DNA of 44,274 nt from Chloroflexota bacterium (lineage in GTDB: Bacteria; Chloroflexota; Limnocylindria; Limnocylindrales; CSP1-4): contig JACDBP010000319.1 of assembly GCA_013694835.1 (NCBI GenBank), positions 1 to 44,274 of the forward strand, written 5' to 3'. Below the pieces are notes generated by a model. It saw only the letters and a program-made list of their open reading frames with translations, was not told the origin of the DNA and did no database searches. Positions 25,295 through 41,302 of this stretch are shown here, piece by piece; within the stretch, counting starts at the first letter, position 1, and the number at the start of each line of letters is the position of its first letter. A program made the position numbers and the translations under genes.

Positions 25295-25390
25295 CCCGGC
25301 TCATGGATCGCGGCCGGGTGCACCGGCGCACCGGCGCCCCACCCAAGGCATGGTCGGCCTCCACCTGCGAGCATCCTCAGCCGCCGACGG

Positions 25391-25412
25391 CCCTGCCGGT
25401 CCACGGGCAGGG
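25391..25412. terminator. GC-rich hairpin between convergent genes (candidate bidirectional terminator)
   Basis: CCCTGCC-ggtccacg-GGCAGGG forms a 7-bp perfect stem between the AI-2E stop (25294) and the rodA stop (25430). A second 7-bp hairpin, ACCCGGC...GCCGGGT, lies at 25294-25319. Neither has a U-tract, so confidence is low. Confidence 0.3.
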
Positions 25413-25429
25413 TGCCATGCCTCGCAACG

Positions 25430-26584
25430 TCACCACTTGGGTCTTGCCTGCCTTAGGTTGATGCTCTGCAGGATGCCGAGGCCGATGGCGACGCTGATGA
25501 TCGATGCGCCGCCGTGGGTGATGAACGGCAACGGGATACCCGTGACCGGCATCAATCCGAGGATCATCCCGAGGTTGACCAGCAGCTGGAACAGCAGCAG
25601 GGATGCGATGCCTGCCGCGAAGGCGAGCCCGAAGGGATCAGCCGAACGCCACCCGACGAGCATCACCCGCCAGAGCAGCGCGGTGAACAGCAGCAGCACC
25701 ACGAGGCCACCGACAAACCCGAGCTCCTGGAGCAGGACCGCACCGGCAAAGTCGGTCGTTGACACCGGGAGGTAATCCGATGTCCCGGTCGTGCCATGGG
25801 TGAGCCCCAACCCGAATACTCCGCCCGAGCCGACGGCGATCTGCGACTGGATGACCTGGAAGCCGCTGTTGGTGGGGTCGTTCGTGGGGTCGAGGAATGC
25901 GAGGATCCGCTGACGCTGGTAGTTGTGGAGCAGCTCCGTCCAGATGACCGGCACCGCGGCCACCGCGGCGGCGGCGAAGATGGCCATCCACTTGAGGCTC
26001 GCGCCGGACATGAACAGCACCCCGGCCAGGACCGCGCCGAAGACGAGCGAGGTGCCGAGGTCCGGCTGTGACAGGACCAGGGCAAGCGGCGGCAGGGCCA
26101 CGAATCCCGCTCCCAGGATCGTGCTGAGATGCCCGACGCGCTGGCCGCGTGACGCGATGAAGTTCGCCAGGACGATGATCGTCAGGATCTTGGCGATCTC
26201 CGAGAACTGGAACTGGACGCCGAAGATCGTCACCCAGCGTGAGGTGCCGCCGACTCCGCTGCCAAGGGCGAGGGTGACCACGAGGAGCGCCAGGTTGAGC
26301 AGGTAGACGGGCCAGGAGAAGGTGCGCAGCCAGCGGTAGTCGAAGGCCGTTGCGAGCGTGAACGCCACGACCGCCAGCGCCAGCCACATGAGCGCGCGAG
26401 AGAAGGTCCCACCGGCTGCGAGCCGGGCGCCGTCAGGACTGTTCGAGTAGGCGATGAGCAGCCCGAATGTGGCCAGCGCCAGCGCATAGATCACGAGTTG
26501 GATGTCGAAGACATTCCAGACGGCGGTCGCCGTTCTCGCAGTCCACGCCGCCGCCCTCGGCGGCTGGAGGCGGATCGCGCCCAT
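25430..26584 (-). CDS. rodA: Rod shape-determining protein RodA (SEDS / FtsW-RodA-SpoVE family)
   Basis: A 384-aa polytopic membrane protein with QFQFSEIAKI, SQPDLGTSL and the LPVSTTDFAGAVLLQELGFVGG and PLPFITHGGAS motifs. It sits directly downstream of PBP2, and its ATG overlaps the PBP2 stop (TGATG). Confidence 0.9.
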   Translation of the reverse strand: MGAIRLQPPRAAAWTARTATAVWNVFDIQLVIYALALATFGLLIAYSNSPDGARLAAGGTFSRALMWLALAVVAFTLATAFDYRWLRTFSWPVYLLNLALLVVTLALGSGVGGTSRWVTIFGVQFQFSEIAKILTIIVLANFIASRGQRVGHLSTILGAGFVALPPLALVLSQPDLGTSLVFGAVLAGVLFMSGASLKWMAIFAAAAVAAVPVIWTELLHNYQRQRILAFLDPTNDPTNSGFQVIQSQIAVGSGGVFGLGLTHGTTGTSDYLPVSTTDFAGAVLLQELGFVGGLVVLLLFTALLWRVMLVGWRSADPFGLAFAAGIASLLLFQLLVNLGMILGLMPVTGIPLPFITHGGASIISVAIGLGILQSINLRQARPKW

Positions 26585-28518
26585 CAGTTGCCGCCTTGGG
26601 AGTTGTAGAAGTTGGCGCGCTTCAGCAGGTCGAAGTTACGGAGGTCCTTCTTCACCTTGTAGTGGATCTGCAGGAAGTACTTGACGATCTCGGTCGCCAT
26701 GTTTCCCTTGGTGCGGGAGTCGTAGGCGAACGCGAGCACGGCAAGCTCCGAGTCGGTGCCACTGACCGCCCTGTAGCCACTCGGGTCGCCGGGCTGCATC
26801 CGGGGGTCCTTGGGTACGAACGCGGCGAACCACGAGTGATAGGGAAGACGACCCTTGCTGTCCCGGTTGCCGAACTCGGCGGTGCCGGACTTGCCCGCGA
26901 CGACGAGGGGGAGGTCGACCAGGTTGTACGTATGGCGGATGGTGACCACCCTACGCGCGGCGACACGCATCGTCCGGAGCACCTCGGGATCGACGTCGAG
27001 CTGACGGATCAGCTTCGGCTCGAAGTCCCGGACGACCGTTCCATCGGCGCTGAGGATCCGCCGGACCACCTGAGGCTGAAAGACCTTGCCACCGTTGGCA
27101 AGGGCCGCGTACGCATTGAGGACCTGCAGTGGGGTCGCCGAGTCGTACCCCTGGCCGATCCCGGCCTGATACGTCTCGCCCGGGTAGATGCGCTCGCCAA
27201 AGACATCCTGCTTCCAGGCGTTGGTGGGGACGATGCCCCTCGCCTCGCCCGGCAGGTCGATCCCCGTTCGAGCACCGAACCCGTACTGCTTGGCCCAGTA
27301 GGCGAGCCGGTCGATGCCGAGCCGGCCGGCGACCTGGAAGAAATACGTGTCGCTCGAGTGCCCGAAGCCGTCGTAGATGTTGAGCGGGCCCCAGCCGCGG
27401 CGGTTCCACTCGTAATAGCGGTAGCGGCCGATGCTGAGGTAGCCCTTGGTCCTGAGGGTCGAATCCGTCGTGATCTTGCCGTCCGCGAGGCCGCCGGTCC
27501 CGGTGACCAGCTTGTACGTGGAGCCCGGCGGGTACTGCTCGTTGATGGCGAAGTTCAGCAGCGGTCGGGACGGATCCTTGAGCAGCTTGTCGAAGTCCTC
27601 GCCAGAGATGCCTCGAGCGAACAGGTTGTTGTCGTAGTTGGGCAACGAGACCATCGCCAGGACCTCGCCCGTCTGCGGGTTCATGACGATGAAGACGCCG
27701 CGCTTGAGGCCGGCGAGCTCGATGCCCCAACGAAGCGCCTTCTCGGCTTCCTTCTGGAGGTCGACATCGATCGATAGCTCCAGGGTGTTCCCTGCCAGCT
27801 CTTCCTGGGGCTTGGCCACCACCCGCAACCTGCGCCCAGACGCGTCGCGTTCCACCTGCTCGACGCCGTAGGTACCGCGGAGCTCGGTCTCATAGACCGC
27901 CTCGACGCCGGCCTTGCCCAGCGAGTCGTCCTGCAGATAGCCCTTCTCCTCGAGTCGCACGAAGTCATCGGGATCGATCGCACCGGTGAATCCGAGGATG
28001 TGCGAGACGAGTGCGCCATAGGGATACTCCCGGCGCGGCTCCACGCCCACCTGGACGCCGGGCAGGGACAGGTGGTCCTCGGTCAGCACGTGGGCGACAT
28101 CGACCGGGATATCGCTTGCCACGCGGATGTACTCGAACCGAGAGCCCGGATTGCGGTCGAGCGTCTCGTTCATCTCGGCGACGGGGATGTCAAGCAGCGT
28201 CGACAGGCGCTGGAGGACCTCCTCACGCCTGCTGAAGGGCAGGTCAGCCTGGCGGATCTTCACCACGTACGTCGGAACGTTCGTGACTAGGACCCGACCC
28301 GCGCGGTCCACCATCAGTCCCCGCGCCGATGACACAGCAACGTCGACGAACCGCTGGTCGTCGGCGAGGGCCGCGTAGTAGCCGCCCTGCGCGACCTGGA
28401 GGTAGAACAGGCGCGTACCAAGGGCGCCGACCACCAGGACGGCGATCAGGCTGAACACGATGAATCGGGGGAGCAGCCGACCCCTGGGCGCCGGATCGCC
28501 CAACACCACGCCGCTCAT
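26584..28518 (-). CDS. mrdA: Penicillin-binding protein 2 (elongasome transpeptidase)
   Basis: Has an N-terminal TM anchor followed by RLFYLQV...RGLMVDRAGRVLVTN. The transpeptidase motifs are PPGSTYKLVT (SxxK), GHSSD (SxN-like) and AGKSGTAE (KSG). ATG 28518 overlaps the mreD stop as ATGA; the track GTG at 28530 is 4 codons upstream. Confidence 0.92.
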   Translation of the reverse strand: MSGVVLGDPAPRGRLLPRFIVFSLIAVLVVGALGTRLFYLQVAQGGYYAALADDQRFVDVAVSSARGLMVDRAGRVLVTNVPTYVVKIRQADLPFSRREEVLQRLSTLLDIPVAEMNETLDRNPGSRFEYIRVASDIPVDVAHVLTEDHLSLPGVQVGVEPRREYPYGALVSHILGFTGAIDPDDFVRLEEKGYLQDDSLGKAGVEAVYETELRGTYGVEQVERDASGRRLRVVAKPQEELAGNTLELSIDVDLQKEAEKALRWGIELAGLKRGVFIVMNPQTGEVLAMVSLPNYDNNLFARGISGEDFDKLLKDPSRPLLNFAINEQYPPGSTYKLVTGTGGLADGKITTDSTLRTKGYLSIGRYRYYEWNRRGWGPLNIYDGFGHSSDTYFFQVAGRLGIDRLAYWAKQYGFGARTGIDLPGEARGIVPTNAWKQDVFGERIYPGETYQAGIGQGYDSATPLQVLNAYAALANGGKVFQPQVVRRILSADGTVVRDFEPKLIRQLDVDPEVLRTMRVAARRVVTIRHTYNLVDLPLVVAGKSGTAEFGNRDSKGRLPYHSWFAAFVPKDPRMQPGDPSGYRAVSGTDSELAVLAFAYDSRTKGNMATEIVKYFLQIHYKVKKDLRNFDLLKRANFYNSQGGN

Positions 28519-29030
28519 GCGCCGAGCCACTCCGTGCGTTCCGCTGGCGCATAGCGGATGAGGTACCAGCGGACGACGCCGGCAACCACGAATGCCAGCA
28601 GCGCGTTGAGCAGGGCGACGATCCCGACGCTCTGGAGCGAGGCAGGAGAGGCCGCGAGGCCGGTCGTGCCCGAGAGGATGACGAGGCTCAACCCCTGGTA
28701 GAGGAACGTCAGCGCGAACGCGAGCAGGACGGCGACGAGTCGTCGGTTGTGCCCAGCGATACGCGCAGCCGCGATCGCCACGCCGACCGCCATGATCATC
28801 GAGAAGGTCGCCGCCCCGACGGGCCGCTCGGAAGATAGGATCAGATCAAGCATCAAACCGCCAAGGAAGGCCCATACCAGTCCCTCCTCGAGTCCGACCA
28901 GCATCGCCGCGACGATCGCCATGACGAGGACGAGATCGGGCTTGGCGCCAGCCAAGGTGAGCTCGGGAAGGACGCTCGCTTCGAGCAGCGCTGCCATCAC
29001 GGCACCGACAGCTGCGAGGGGGAGACTCAC
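28515..29030 (-). CDS. mreD: Rod shape-determining protein MreD
   Basis: A hydrophobic protein of about 171 aa, LPLAAVGAVMAALLEASVLPELTLAGAKPDLVLVMAIVAAML...LGGLMLDL, with the typical MreD pattern. It lies directly upstream of mrdA-rodA. The start is set at GTG 29030, because the extra 47 aa of the track ORF are non-hydrophobic and run into the parS region. Confidence 0.72.
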   Translation of the reverse strand: MSLPLAAVGAVMAALLEASVLPELTLAGAKPDLVLVMAIVAAMLVGLEEGLVWAFLGGLMLDLILSSERPVGAATFSMIMAVGVAIAAARIAGHNRRLVAVLLAFALTFLYQGLSLVILSGTTGLAASPASLQSVGIVALLNALLAFVVAGVVRWYLIRYAPAERTEWLGA

Positions 29031-29188
29031 ACCGTGGATCCGGGATGCACGCTCGTTGGCCCCGTCCGAGCGTCGGATGGGCGCAGCTTGAGCGCGAACG
29101 ACTTCACTACGCGGGCAAGTATACGGGTGCGACGGGGCCTCCGGGCACGAAGGTTTCCACCACCTTTCCACACTCCGGCGGTCGACAT

Positions 29189-29204
29189 GGTTGCACGTGA
29201 AACA
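29189..29204. promoter_or_regulatory. parS centromere-like site 1
   Basis: GGTTGCACGTGAAACA matches the parS consensus TGTTNCACGTGAAACA at 15 of 16 positions. It lies 182 nt upstream of parA. Confidence 0.8.
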
Positions 29205-29215
29205 GGCCGGACAAA

Positions 29216-29231
29216 GGTTCCACGTGCAACT
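29216..29231. promoter_or_regulatory. parS centromere-like site 2
   Basis: GGTTCCACGTGCAACT matches the parS consensus at 13 of 16 positions. It lies 11 nt downstream of site 1. Together the two sites form a 13/14 inverted repeat. Confidence 0.68.
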
Positions 29232-29385
29232 CCCCCGTAACGATCGATGAAGGCGGGGTGAACTGGTCGTGGAGACCCGCGTGCGACCGTGTAGGCGATC
29301 GGTGAGAGTGCCGCTCCCAGCGCGCAGAGAACCCTCTCATCGACTAGAATCCGAGGCTGTGGATGCACCCCGATCGCGGACCTGA

Positions 29386-30197
29386 GTGGGCGAGACCATC
29401 GCTTGCGCGAACCAGAAGGGTGGTGTCGGGAAGACCACCACCGTCGTCAACCTCGCGGCTTACCTGGCCCTCGAGGGACAGCAGGTCCTTGTCGTTGACA
29501 TCGACCCTCAGGGGAATGCGACCAGCGGTCTCGGCCATGACAAGGCGACCGTGGAACGCTCCATGTACGAGGCCCTTGTCGGAGGTTCCGCCGCCCGATC
29601 GCTGATCGTGCCCACGGCGATCGCGGGACTCAGCCTCATCCCCGCCTCCACCGACCTTGCGGGGCTCGAGATCGAGCTCGTGCCCCTGGAGCGGCGCGAG
29701 CGTCGTTTGCGCACGGTCCTGGAACCCCTTCGCGAGGAGTTCGACTACGTCCTGTTCGACTGCCCGCCCTCCGTGGGACTCATCACCATCAACGCCCTTA
29801 CGGCGGCGGACAGCGTGTTGATCCCCCTGCAATGCGAGTACTACGCGCTCGAAGGACTGAGTCAGCTGCTCGCCACGATCAATCTCGTGCGCGACCACCT
29901 GAACCCATCGCTGCGCATCAAGGGCGTGCTGCTGACGATGTACGACGCACGCACCACGCTGTCGGCGGACGTCAGCGCCGAGGTGCGCCGGCATCTCGGT
30001 GATCGCGTCTTCGAGACGCGCGTGCCGCGCAGCGTCCGCCTTTCCGAGGCGCCGAGCTATGGCCAACCAGTGGCCCTGTACAGCCCGGGTTCGAAGGGTG
30101 CCGAGGCATACCGGAACGCAGCCACCGAACTGCTGCGTCGCGATGGCCACGTCGAGTCCGCGAAGGTCTCGGTCGGCGTCCCGCAGTTGGCAGGCGT

Positions 30198-30201
<4 letters not shown>
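29386..30201 (+). CDS. parA: Chromosome partitioning ATPase ParA/Soj
   Basis: Starts at GTG. It has the deviant Walker A in IACANQKGGVGKTTTVVNLAAYLA, then VLVVDIDPQGNATSGLG and LIPLQCEYYALEGLSQL. Confidence 0.95.
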
Positions 30202-33109
<2,908 letters not shown>

Positions 33110-33110
33110 C

Positions 33111-34094
33111 GTGACCGAGCGGGCCGAAGCGTTCGTAGGCTCGCATCTCCCTGAGGCCCGTGGGCTCGGGACGGTTCTCGCGGATCTGCTGGACGAACCG
33201 GACCAGTTCATCGTGGCCCTGACCGACGGATTCCGCCGCCTCGCCGACGAGGAGTACGCCGCGGAGCAGGCGCGAGTCGCCCCCGGCGGTGCAGAGGTCA
33301 TCGGCGTCCGCTGGCCGCTCATCCGGGCCACGGCGCGCCAGTTGCGCCAGCCGCTCCGCGAGTCATCCTCGGCGACCGCGATCTCACTGGCGCAGCGGCT
33401 CGCCGGCGAGTCGATACGGGAGGTGCGGCTGTTCGCCCACCTTCTGCTCGCCCGGGCCCTGCCTGACGACCCGGAGCGTGCCTGGCAGGTGATGCGGCGG
33501 CTGGCCCGTGTGGCCACTGACTGGATCTGCATCGACGACCTCGCCGAGCTGACGGCCCGGGGCGTGATCCAGGAGTCGTTCCGCTGGGCCGAATTAGAAC
33601 AGTTGGTCTATTCTGCCCACCCCTTGGAGCGTCGGCTCGTGGGGGCCACGCTGGCGAGGCTGCCGTACGAGCTGCCGCCGTACCGTCGTCAGGACTTGCC
33701 TGCGGAGCGCGGACTCGAGCTGATCGGCACCCTGATGGGTGACGCCGACCCGTGGGTGCAGAAGGCGCTCGGCTGGGCGCTCCGCTCCTGGGTGCAGGTC
33801 GACCAGGCGAAGACCGCGACGTTCCTGCGACGTGAGGCCGACCACGCAGCCGCGACCGGCGATGGAAACCGTGCCTGGGTCGTGCGGGATGCGCTGGGCG
33901 TCCAGCCACCGGCGGTCGCGGCCGAGATCCGGCTCCGCGTCGGCACCGTCCGGCGGCACGCTGACGCGCCGGACACGAGCGAGGCAGGGACGACCTCAGC
34001 TGCGTTCCGTGCCGGAACCTGGTCCCAGGCGGCGGGCGATCCCGGCGTGACCCAGCAGCAGGGCGAGCGACAGCAGCGAAGGACCCCGGCGTGA
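33111..34094 (+). CDS. DNA alkylation repair protein-like (AlkD/AlkC-type HEAT-repeat family)
   Basis: A protein of about 327 aa. Its helical repeats end in the family-typical block [34 protein letters not shown], and it has a disordered C-terminal tail. GTG 33111 lies 1 nt after the gyrB stop; the track TTG at 33099 overlaps gyrB by 11 nt. Its stop overlaps the gyrA GTG as GTGA. Confidence 0.7.
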   Translation: MTERAEAFVGSHLPEARGLGTVLADLLDEPDQFIVALTDGFRRLADEEYAAEQARVAPGGAEVIGVRWPLIRATARQLRQPLRESSSATAISLAQRLAGESIREVRLFAHLLLARALPDDPERAWQVMRRLARVATDWICIDDLAELTARGVIQESFRWAELEQLVYSAHPLERRLVGATLARLPYELPPYRRQDLPAERGLELIGTLMGDADPWVQKALGWALRSWVQVDQAKTATFLRREADHAAATGDGNRAWVVRDALGVQPPAVAAEIRLRVGTVRRHADAPDTSEAGTTSAAFRAGTWSQAAGDPGVTQQQGERQQRRTPA

Positions 34095-36640
34095 CCGACG
34101 ACCCGCAGCGCATCCTCCGGGTACCCATCGAGGACGAGCTCCGCAGCGCCTACCTCGACTACGCCATGAGCGTCATCGTCAGTCGCGCCCTGCCCGACGT
34201 GCGCGATGGCCTGAAGCCGGTCCACCGGCGGATCCTCTACACGATGAACGAGATGGGTCTGACCTCGACCGCCTCGTACCGGAAGTGCGCTGCCATCGTC
34301 GGCGAGGTGATGGGCAAGTACCACCCGCACGGCGACCTGTCGCTATACGACGCACTCGTCCGGCTGGCGCAGGACTTCTCCCTGCGCTACCAGCTCGTCG
34401 ACGGGCAGGGCAACTTCGGTTCGGTCGACGGTGACCCGCCGGCGGCGATGCGGTACACCGAGGCACGGATGACGGCCATCGCGTCGGAGCTGCTGGCCGA
34501 CATCGACAAGCAGACGGTCGACTTCGTCGAGAACTACGACGGCACCCGTCAGCAGCCGTCGGTCCTGCCCGCGAAGCTGCCGAACCTGCTCATCAACGGC
34601 TCGTCCGGTATCGCGGTCGGCATGGCCACCAACATCCCGCCGCACCACCTGGGCGAGATCGTCGACGCCACCGTCGCGTTGATCGCCAGCCCGGAGCTGA
34701 CCTCGGACGACCTGTGCGAGTTCGTCACCGGCCCCGACTTCCCGACGGGCGGCACCATCTTCCGCTACGACCGCCGGCGGAACCCCCTCACCGGACAGTG
34801 GGAACAGATCGACGCGATCCGTGAGATGTATGCGCATGGTCGCGGGCGGGTCTACATGCGCGCGCAGTGCGCCTTCGAGGAGGCTCGCAGTGGCCGGATG
34901 GCGATCGTGGTCACCGAACTGCCGTACCAGGTCAACAAGTCGACCCTGATCGAGCGCATCGCCGAGCTCGTGACCGGCAAGAAGCTCGACGGGATCGCGG
35001 ACCTGCGCGACGAGTCCGACCGCGACGGGATGCGCATCGTCATCGAGACCAAGCGTGATGCGGCGCCGCGAACGGTCCTCAACAACCTGTTCAAGCACAC
35101 GGCGCTGCAGCTGGCCTTCAACGCCAATATGCTCGCGCTCGTCGACGGACAGCCATCGACGCTGCCGCTGAAGCAGATCCTCCAGCACCATATCGATTGG
35201 CGGCGCGAGGTCGTCCGGCGGAGAACGGAATTCGACCTCGGCAAGGCGAGGGACCGGGCCCACATCCTGGAAGGGCTGAAGATCGCCCTCGACAACCTCG
35301 ACGAGGTCATCCGCACGATCCGCCAGTCCGCGGACGTTGAGACCGCGCGGCAGAACCTGATGTCGGGTTTCAGGCTGACCGAGATCCAGGCGAATGCGAT
35401 CCTGGAGATGCAGCTCCGCCGGCTCGCGGCGCTCGAACGCAAGAAGATCGAGGATGAGTACCTCGCGATCATCAAGCTCATCGCCGAGCTCGAGGACATC
35501 CTCGCCAATCCGCAGCGCGTGAGCGGCATCATCCGCGACGAGCTGCTGGAGCTCAAGGCAAAGTACGCCGGTGAGCGCCGTACTCGCGTCGCGGCCGACG
35601 CCAACCGCGAGCTGTCCGACGAGGACCTCATCGCCGACGAAGACGTCGTCATCACCGTCTCGGGCCGTGGTTACATCAAGCGCCAGCCGCTCGGCACGTA
35701 CCGCCGCCAGGCTCGCGGTGGCAAGGGGATCATCGGCGCGAAGACCGTGGAAGAGGACGCGGTGGCGCACCTCTTCGTGGCGAACACCCACGATTGGGCG
35801 CTGTTCTTCACGAACCGCGGCCGGGTCTTCTCGTCCAAGGTCCACCACATCCCCGACTCGACCCGTCAGGCCAAGGGGATCCCGATCATCAACCTGGAGG
35901 GTGTCCAGGTCGAGCACGGTGAGGCGGTCCTCGCGGTGATCACGATCCCGAACTTCGAGAAGGGCCACAACCTGGTCATGGCGACGCGTCGGGGCATCGT
36001 CAAGAAGACGCCCATCGAGCAGTTCGAGCGCGTCCGCTCTTCCGGGATCCGTGCCATCACCGTCCATGCCGACGATGAGCTCGCATGGGTCTCGGTCTCG
36101 ACCGGCGAGGATGACGTCTTCCTCGCGTCGGCCCAGGGCAGGATCGGTCGGTTCCACGAGAGCGAGGTCCGCACGATGGGCCGCGACGCGGCGGGCGTCA
36201 TCGGCATCCGCCTGGCGCGTCAGGGGGACCGCGTCGTCGGGATGGGCGTGGCCGCTGGTCCCGAGGACCTGCTCGTGCTGACCGAGACGGGCCGCGGCAA
36301 GCGCGTGCGCCTCGATGATTTCCGCCGCAAACATCGTGGCAGCCAGGGCGTCAGGCTCATCCCGCTGGAGGGTGCCAAGACCGGGCCCGTCGCGGCGGTC
36401 GAGCTCGTGACGGAGACGGATGAGGAGCTGATGCTCATCAGCGCGGCCGGACAGGTCGTCCGGACCGCCGTGAAGACGGTCAGTCGGCAGAGCAGCTCCG
36501 CTCGCGGCGTGATCGTGATGCGCCTCAACGAGGGGGACGAGGTCGCCGGGATCGCCGTCTTCCGCGCAGGGTTGGCGGAGCAGCGGAACATCGGTGACAA
36601 TGACGGCCCCTCCGGCGACGGGAGCCCGGCGGGGTCCTAG
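34091..36640 (+). CDS. gyrA: DNA gyrase subunit A
   Basis: Contains [52 protein letters not shown] (QRDR region) and the active-site region [10 protein letters not shown], followed by C-terminal beta-pinwheel repeats. Confidence 0.98.
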   Translation: MTDDPQRILRVPIEDELRSAYLDYAMSVIVSRALPDVRDGLKPVHRRILYTMNEMGLTSTASYRKCAAIVGEVMGKYHPHGDLSLYDALVRLAQDFSLRYQLVDGQGNFGSVDGDPPAAMRYTEARMTAIASELLADIDKQTVDFVENYDGTRQQPSVLPAKLPNLLINGSSGIAVGMATNIPPHHLGEIVDATVALIASPELTSDDLCEFVTGPDFPTGGTIFRYDRRRNPLTGQWEQIDAIREMYAHGRGRVYMRAQCAFEEARSGRMAIVVTELPYQVNKSTLIERIAELVTGKKLDGIADLRDESDRDGMRIVIETKRDAAPRTVLNNLFKHTALQLAFNANMLALVDGQPSTLPLKQILQHHIDWRREVVRRRTEFDLGKARDRAHILEGLKIALDNLDEVIRTIRQSADVETARQNLMSGFRLTEIQANAILEMQLRRLAALERKKIEDEYLAIIKLIAELEDILANPQRVSGIIRDELLELKAKYAGERRTRVAADANRELSDEDLIADEDVVITVSGRGYIKRQPLGTYRRQARGGKGIIGAKTVEEDAVAHLFVANTHDWALFFTNRGRVFSSKVHHIPDSTRQAKGIPIINLEGVQVEHGEAVLAVITIPNFEKGHNLVMATRRGIVKKTPIEQFERVRSSGIRAITVHADDELAWVSVSTGEDDVFLASAQGRIGRFHESEVRTMGRDAAGVIGIRLARQGDRVVGMGVAAGPEDLLVLTETGRGKRVRLDDFRRKHRGSQGVRLIPLEGAKTGPVAAVELVTETDEELMLISAAGQVVRTAVKTVSRQSSSARGVIVMRLNEGDEVAGIAVFRAGLAEQRNIGDNDGPSGDGSPAGS

Positions 36641-36649
36641 GGAGGCTGC

Positions 36650-37795
36650 ATGACCCGCACCGCGGTGGGCACGTTCGGCGCCCCCGACGGGGCAGGCCCC
36701 GAGTTCGACGTCTACAGCGGTAACGCGAACCGCGAGCTGGCGGCCAAGATCGGCCGCTACCTCGACCGGCCGCTGGGACGGGCCGAGGTGTTCGAGTTCG
36801 CCAACCAGAACATCTTCGTCAAGATCCTGGACAACGTCCGCGAGAAGGACGTCTACCTCGTCCAGCCGACCTCCCACCCGGTCAATCGCTCGATCATGGA
36901 ATTGCTGATCATGATCGACGCCTTCAAACGCGCCAGTGCCGGGCGGATCACGGCCGTCGTGCCGTATTACGCCTACGGCCGCTCCGACAAGAAGGACCAG
37001 CCGCGCGTGCCCATCACGGCGCGGCTCATCGCGGACATGATCACCGTCGCCGGCGCCGATCGACTGCTCACGGTGGATCTTCATCAGGGCCAGATCCAGG
37101 GCTTCTTCAACATCCCGGTCGACGAGCTGACCGCCGTCCACCTGATCGGCAATTACTTCCGACAGAAGCAGCTCGAGGACATGGTCGTGGTGACCGACCT
37201 CGGGTTCGCCAAACGCGCCCGGTCCTTCGCAGAGCTGCTCGACGCACCCCTGGCGGTGATCGAGAAGCGCCGGGTGGGCAACCTCGACCGAGCTGAGCTC
37301 CTCAATGTCATCGGCGAGGTTCGCGGCCGGCGCGCCATCGTGGTCGACGACGAGATCGACACCGGCGGGACGCTGATGGAGGTGGTGCGGGCACTCCAAC
37401 GGGAGGGCGTCGAGGAGATCTACGCCTGTGCCACACACGGCATCCTGTCCGACCCGGCGATCGACCGGCTGCGCGAGTCACCGATCAAGGAGATCGTCAT
37501 CACCGACACCGTGCCGCTGCCGGCGGCCAAGCGGCTGTCGCGGATCAAGGTGCTCTCCGTCGCGCCGCTGATCGGTGAGGCGATCCGCAGGATCCACTAT
37601 GGCGAGTCGGTCGGCGCTCTCTTCTCGAGTGAGCTGGACCTGGTGCAGGAGATGCTGCTCTGGGATGACAGTGACGCGGGTGAGGCCCCGCCCTCCGGCG
37701 GCCTGTTCGGCCAGCCGCCATCCAACCAGCCGGCGGTGCAGCAGCCGGCCGGCATCGAGCCGGCATCGACGGAGCCGGCGCGTGCCGGCGCCTGA
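36650..37795 (+). CDS. prs: Ribose-phosphate pyrophosphokinase with a Pro/Gln/Ala-rich C-terminal tail of about 60 aa
   Basis: Contains [56 protein letters not shown] and the PRPP loop [19 protein letters not shown] lies upstream of the ATG. Confidence 0.95.
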   Translation: MTRTAVGTFGAPDGAGPEFDVYSGNANRELAAKIGRYLDRPLGRAEVFEFANQNIFVKILDNVREKDVYLVQPTSHPVNRSIMELLIMIDAFKRASAGRITAVVPYYAYGRSDKKDQPRVPITARLIADMITVAGADRLLTVDLHQGQIQGFFNIPVDELTAVHLIGNYFRQKQLEDMVVVTDLGFAKRARSFAELLDAPLAVIEKRRVGNLDRAELLNVIGEVRGRRAIVVDDEIDTGGTLMEVVRALQREGVEEIYACATHGILSDPAIDRLRESPIKEIVITDTVPLPAAKRLSRIKVLSVAPLIGEAIRRIHYGESVGALFSSELDLVQEMLLWDDSDAGEAPPSGGLFGQPPSNQPAVQQPAGIEPASTEPARAGA

Positions 37796-37851
37796 CTTGC
37801 GCGTTGCCACATGACACCCGACCAGCCACGACCGCAGCAAGGACCGACCAG

Positions 37852-38079
37852 ATGAGCCTGAAGCTGTACCGCCCCGTGCCAGGCGGCCTGGAGCCTGGGC
37901 CCGTCGAGCAGAAGGACTGGCGCGGACGCCTGAGGTCCCGGCGCTGGCGTGCAGCCCCCCTTGAGAACCCGGAGGGGCAGCCGGTCGGTCCGCTCGGCGG
38001 TGTGCTCTTCTTCGGCGCACTCGCGCTGCTGACGCTGATCGTGCTGCTCATCGGGTACGGCACCGGGTTCTGGGGCTGA
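37852..38079 (+). CDS. Hypothetical small tail-anchored membrane protein (75 aa)
   Basis: Starts at the internal ATG (37852) of track ORF 37804..38079, with AAGGA 8 nt upstream. The basic N-terminal half is followed by a single C-terminal TM helix (GGVLFFGALALLTLIVLLIGYG). I did not recognise a family. Confidence 0.45.
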   Translation: MSLKLYRPVPGGLEPGPVEQKDWRGRLRSRRWRAAPLENPEGQPVGPLGGVLFFGALALLTLIVLLIGYGTGFWG

Positions 38080-38144
38080 CCTCCTCTCGCGAGGCACACC
38101 GGGGACGGGTCCGGCCGCCCGAAAGCCACGCGCCGCAGCGCGCC

Positions 38145-38150
38145 TATACT
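38145..38150 (+). promoter_or_regulatory. Candidate -10 element (TATACT) for secA
   Basis: TATACT lies within the 9-mer CCTATACTC, which also forms the -10 region at 41323-41331. It sits only 10 nt upstream of the secA ATG, and no Shine-Dalgarno sequence is present, so secA may be (nearly) leaderless. There is no convincing -35 element. Confidence 0.3.
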
Positions 38151-38160
38151 CCGACGTCCG

Positions 38161-41232
<3,072 letters not shown>

Positions 41233-41302
41233 AGCTCTGAACCTCGTTCGGTTCCCGCCGGCAAGGTTTGCAAGCAGGTTGCAAGAATCCGGCCGATACC
41301 TC

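Noticed and set aside
29027-29368. Minus-strand 113-aa ORF, and the 47-aa N-terminal extension of the mreD track ORF, both covering the parS region.
   Set aside because: The region is better explained as regulatory DNA, with two parS palindromes, TCCAC boxes and a -10-like TAGAAT. The predicted peptides are non-hydrophobic and motif-free, whereas MreD proper begins with its first TM helix at the GTG at 29030.
29100-29390. Calling this gap a definite oriC.
   Set aside because: The DnaA-box-like 9-mers are few and imperfect, and two of the TCCAC elements are explained by parS half-sites. I saw no clearly AT-rich unwinding element or 13-mer repeats, and dnaA is not adjacent. It is therefore reported only as a hypothesis in the findings.
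34343-37438. 1031-aa minus-strand ORF, the longest ORF in the window.
   Set aside because: It is antisense to the unmistakable gyrA and prs genes. Its product is Arg/Asp/Leu/Val/Gly-rich with no recognisable motif. Long stop-free antisense frames are expected in GC-rich coding DNA.
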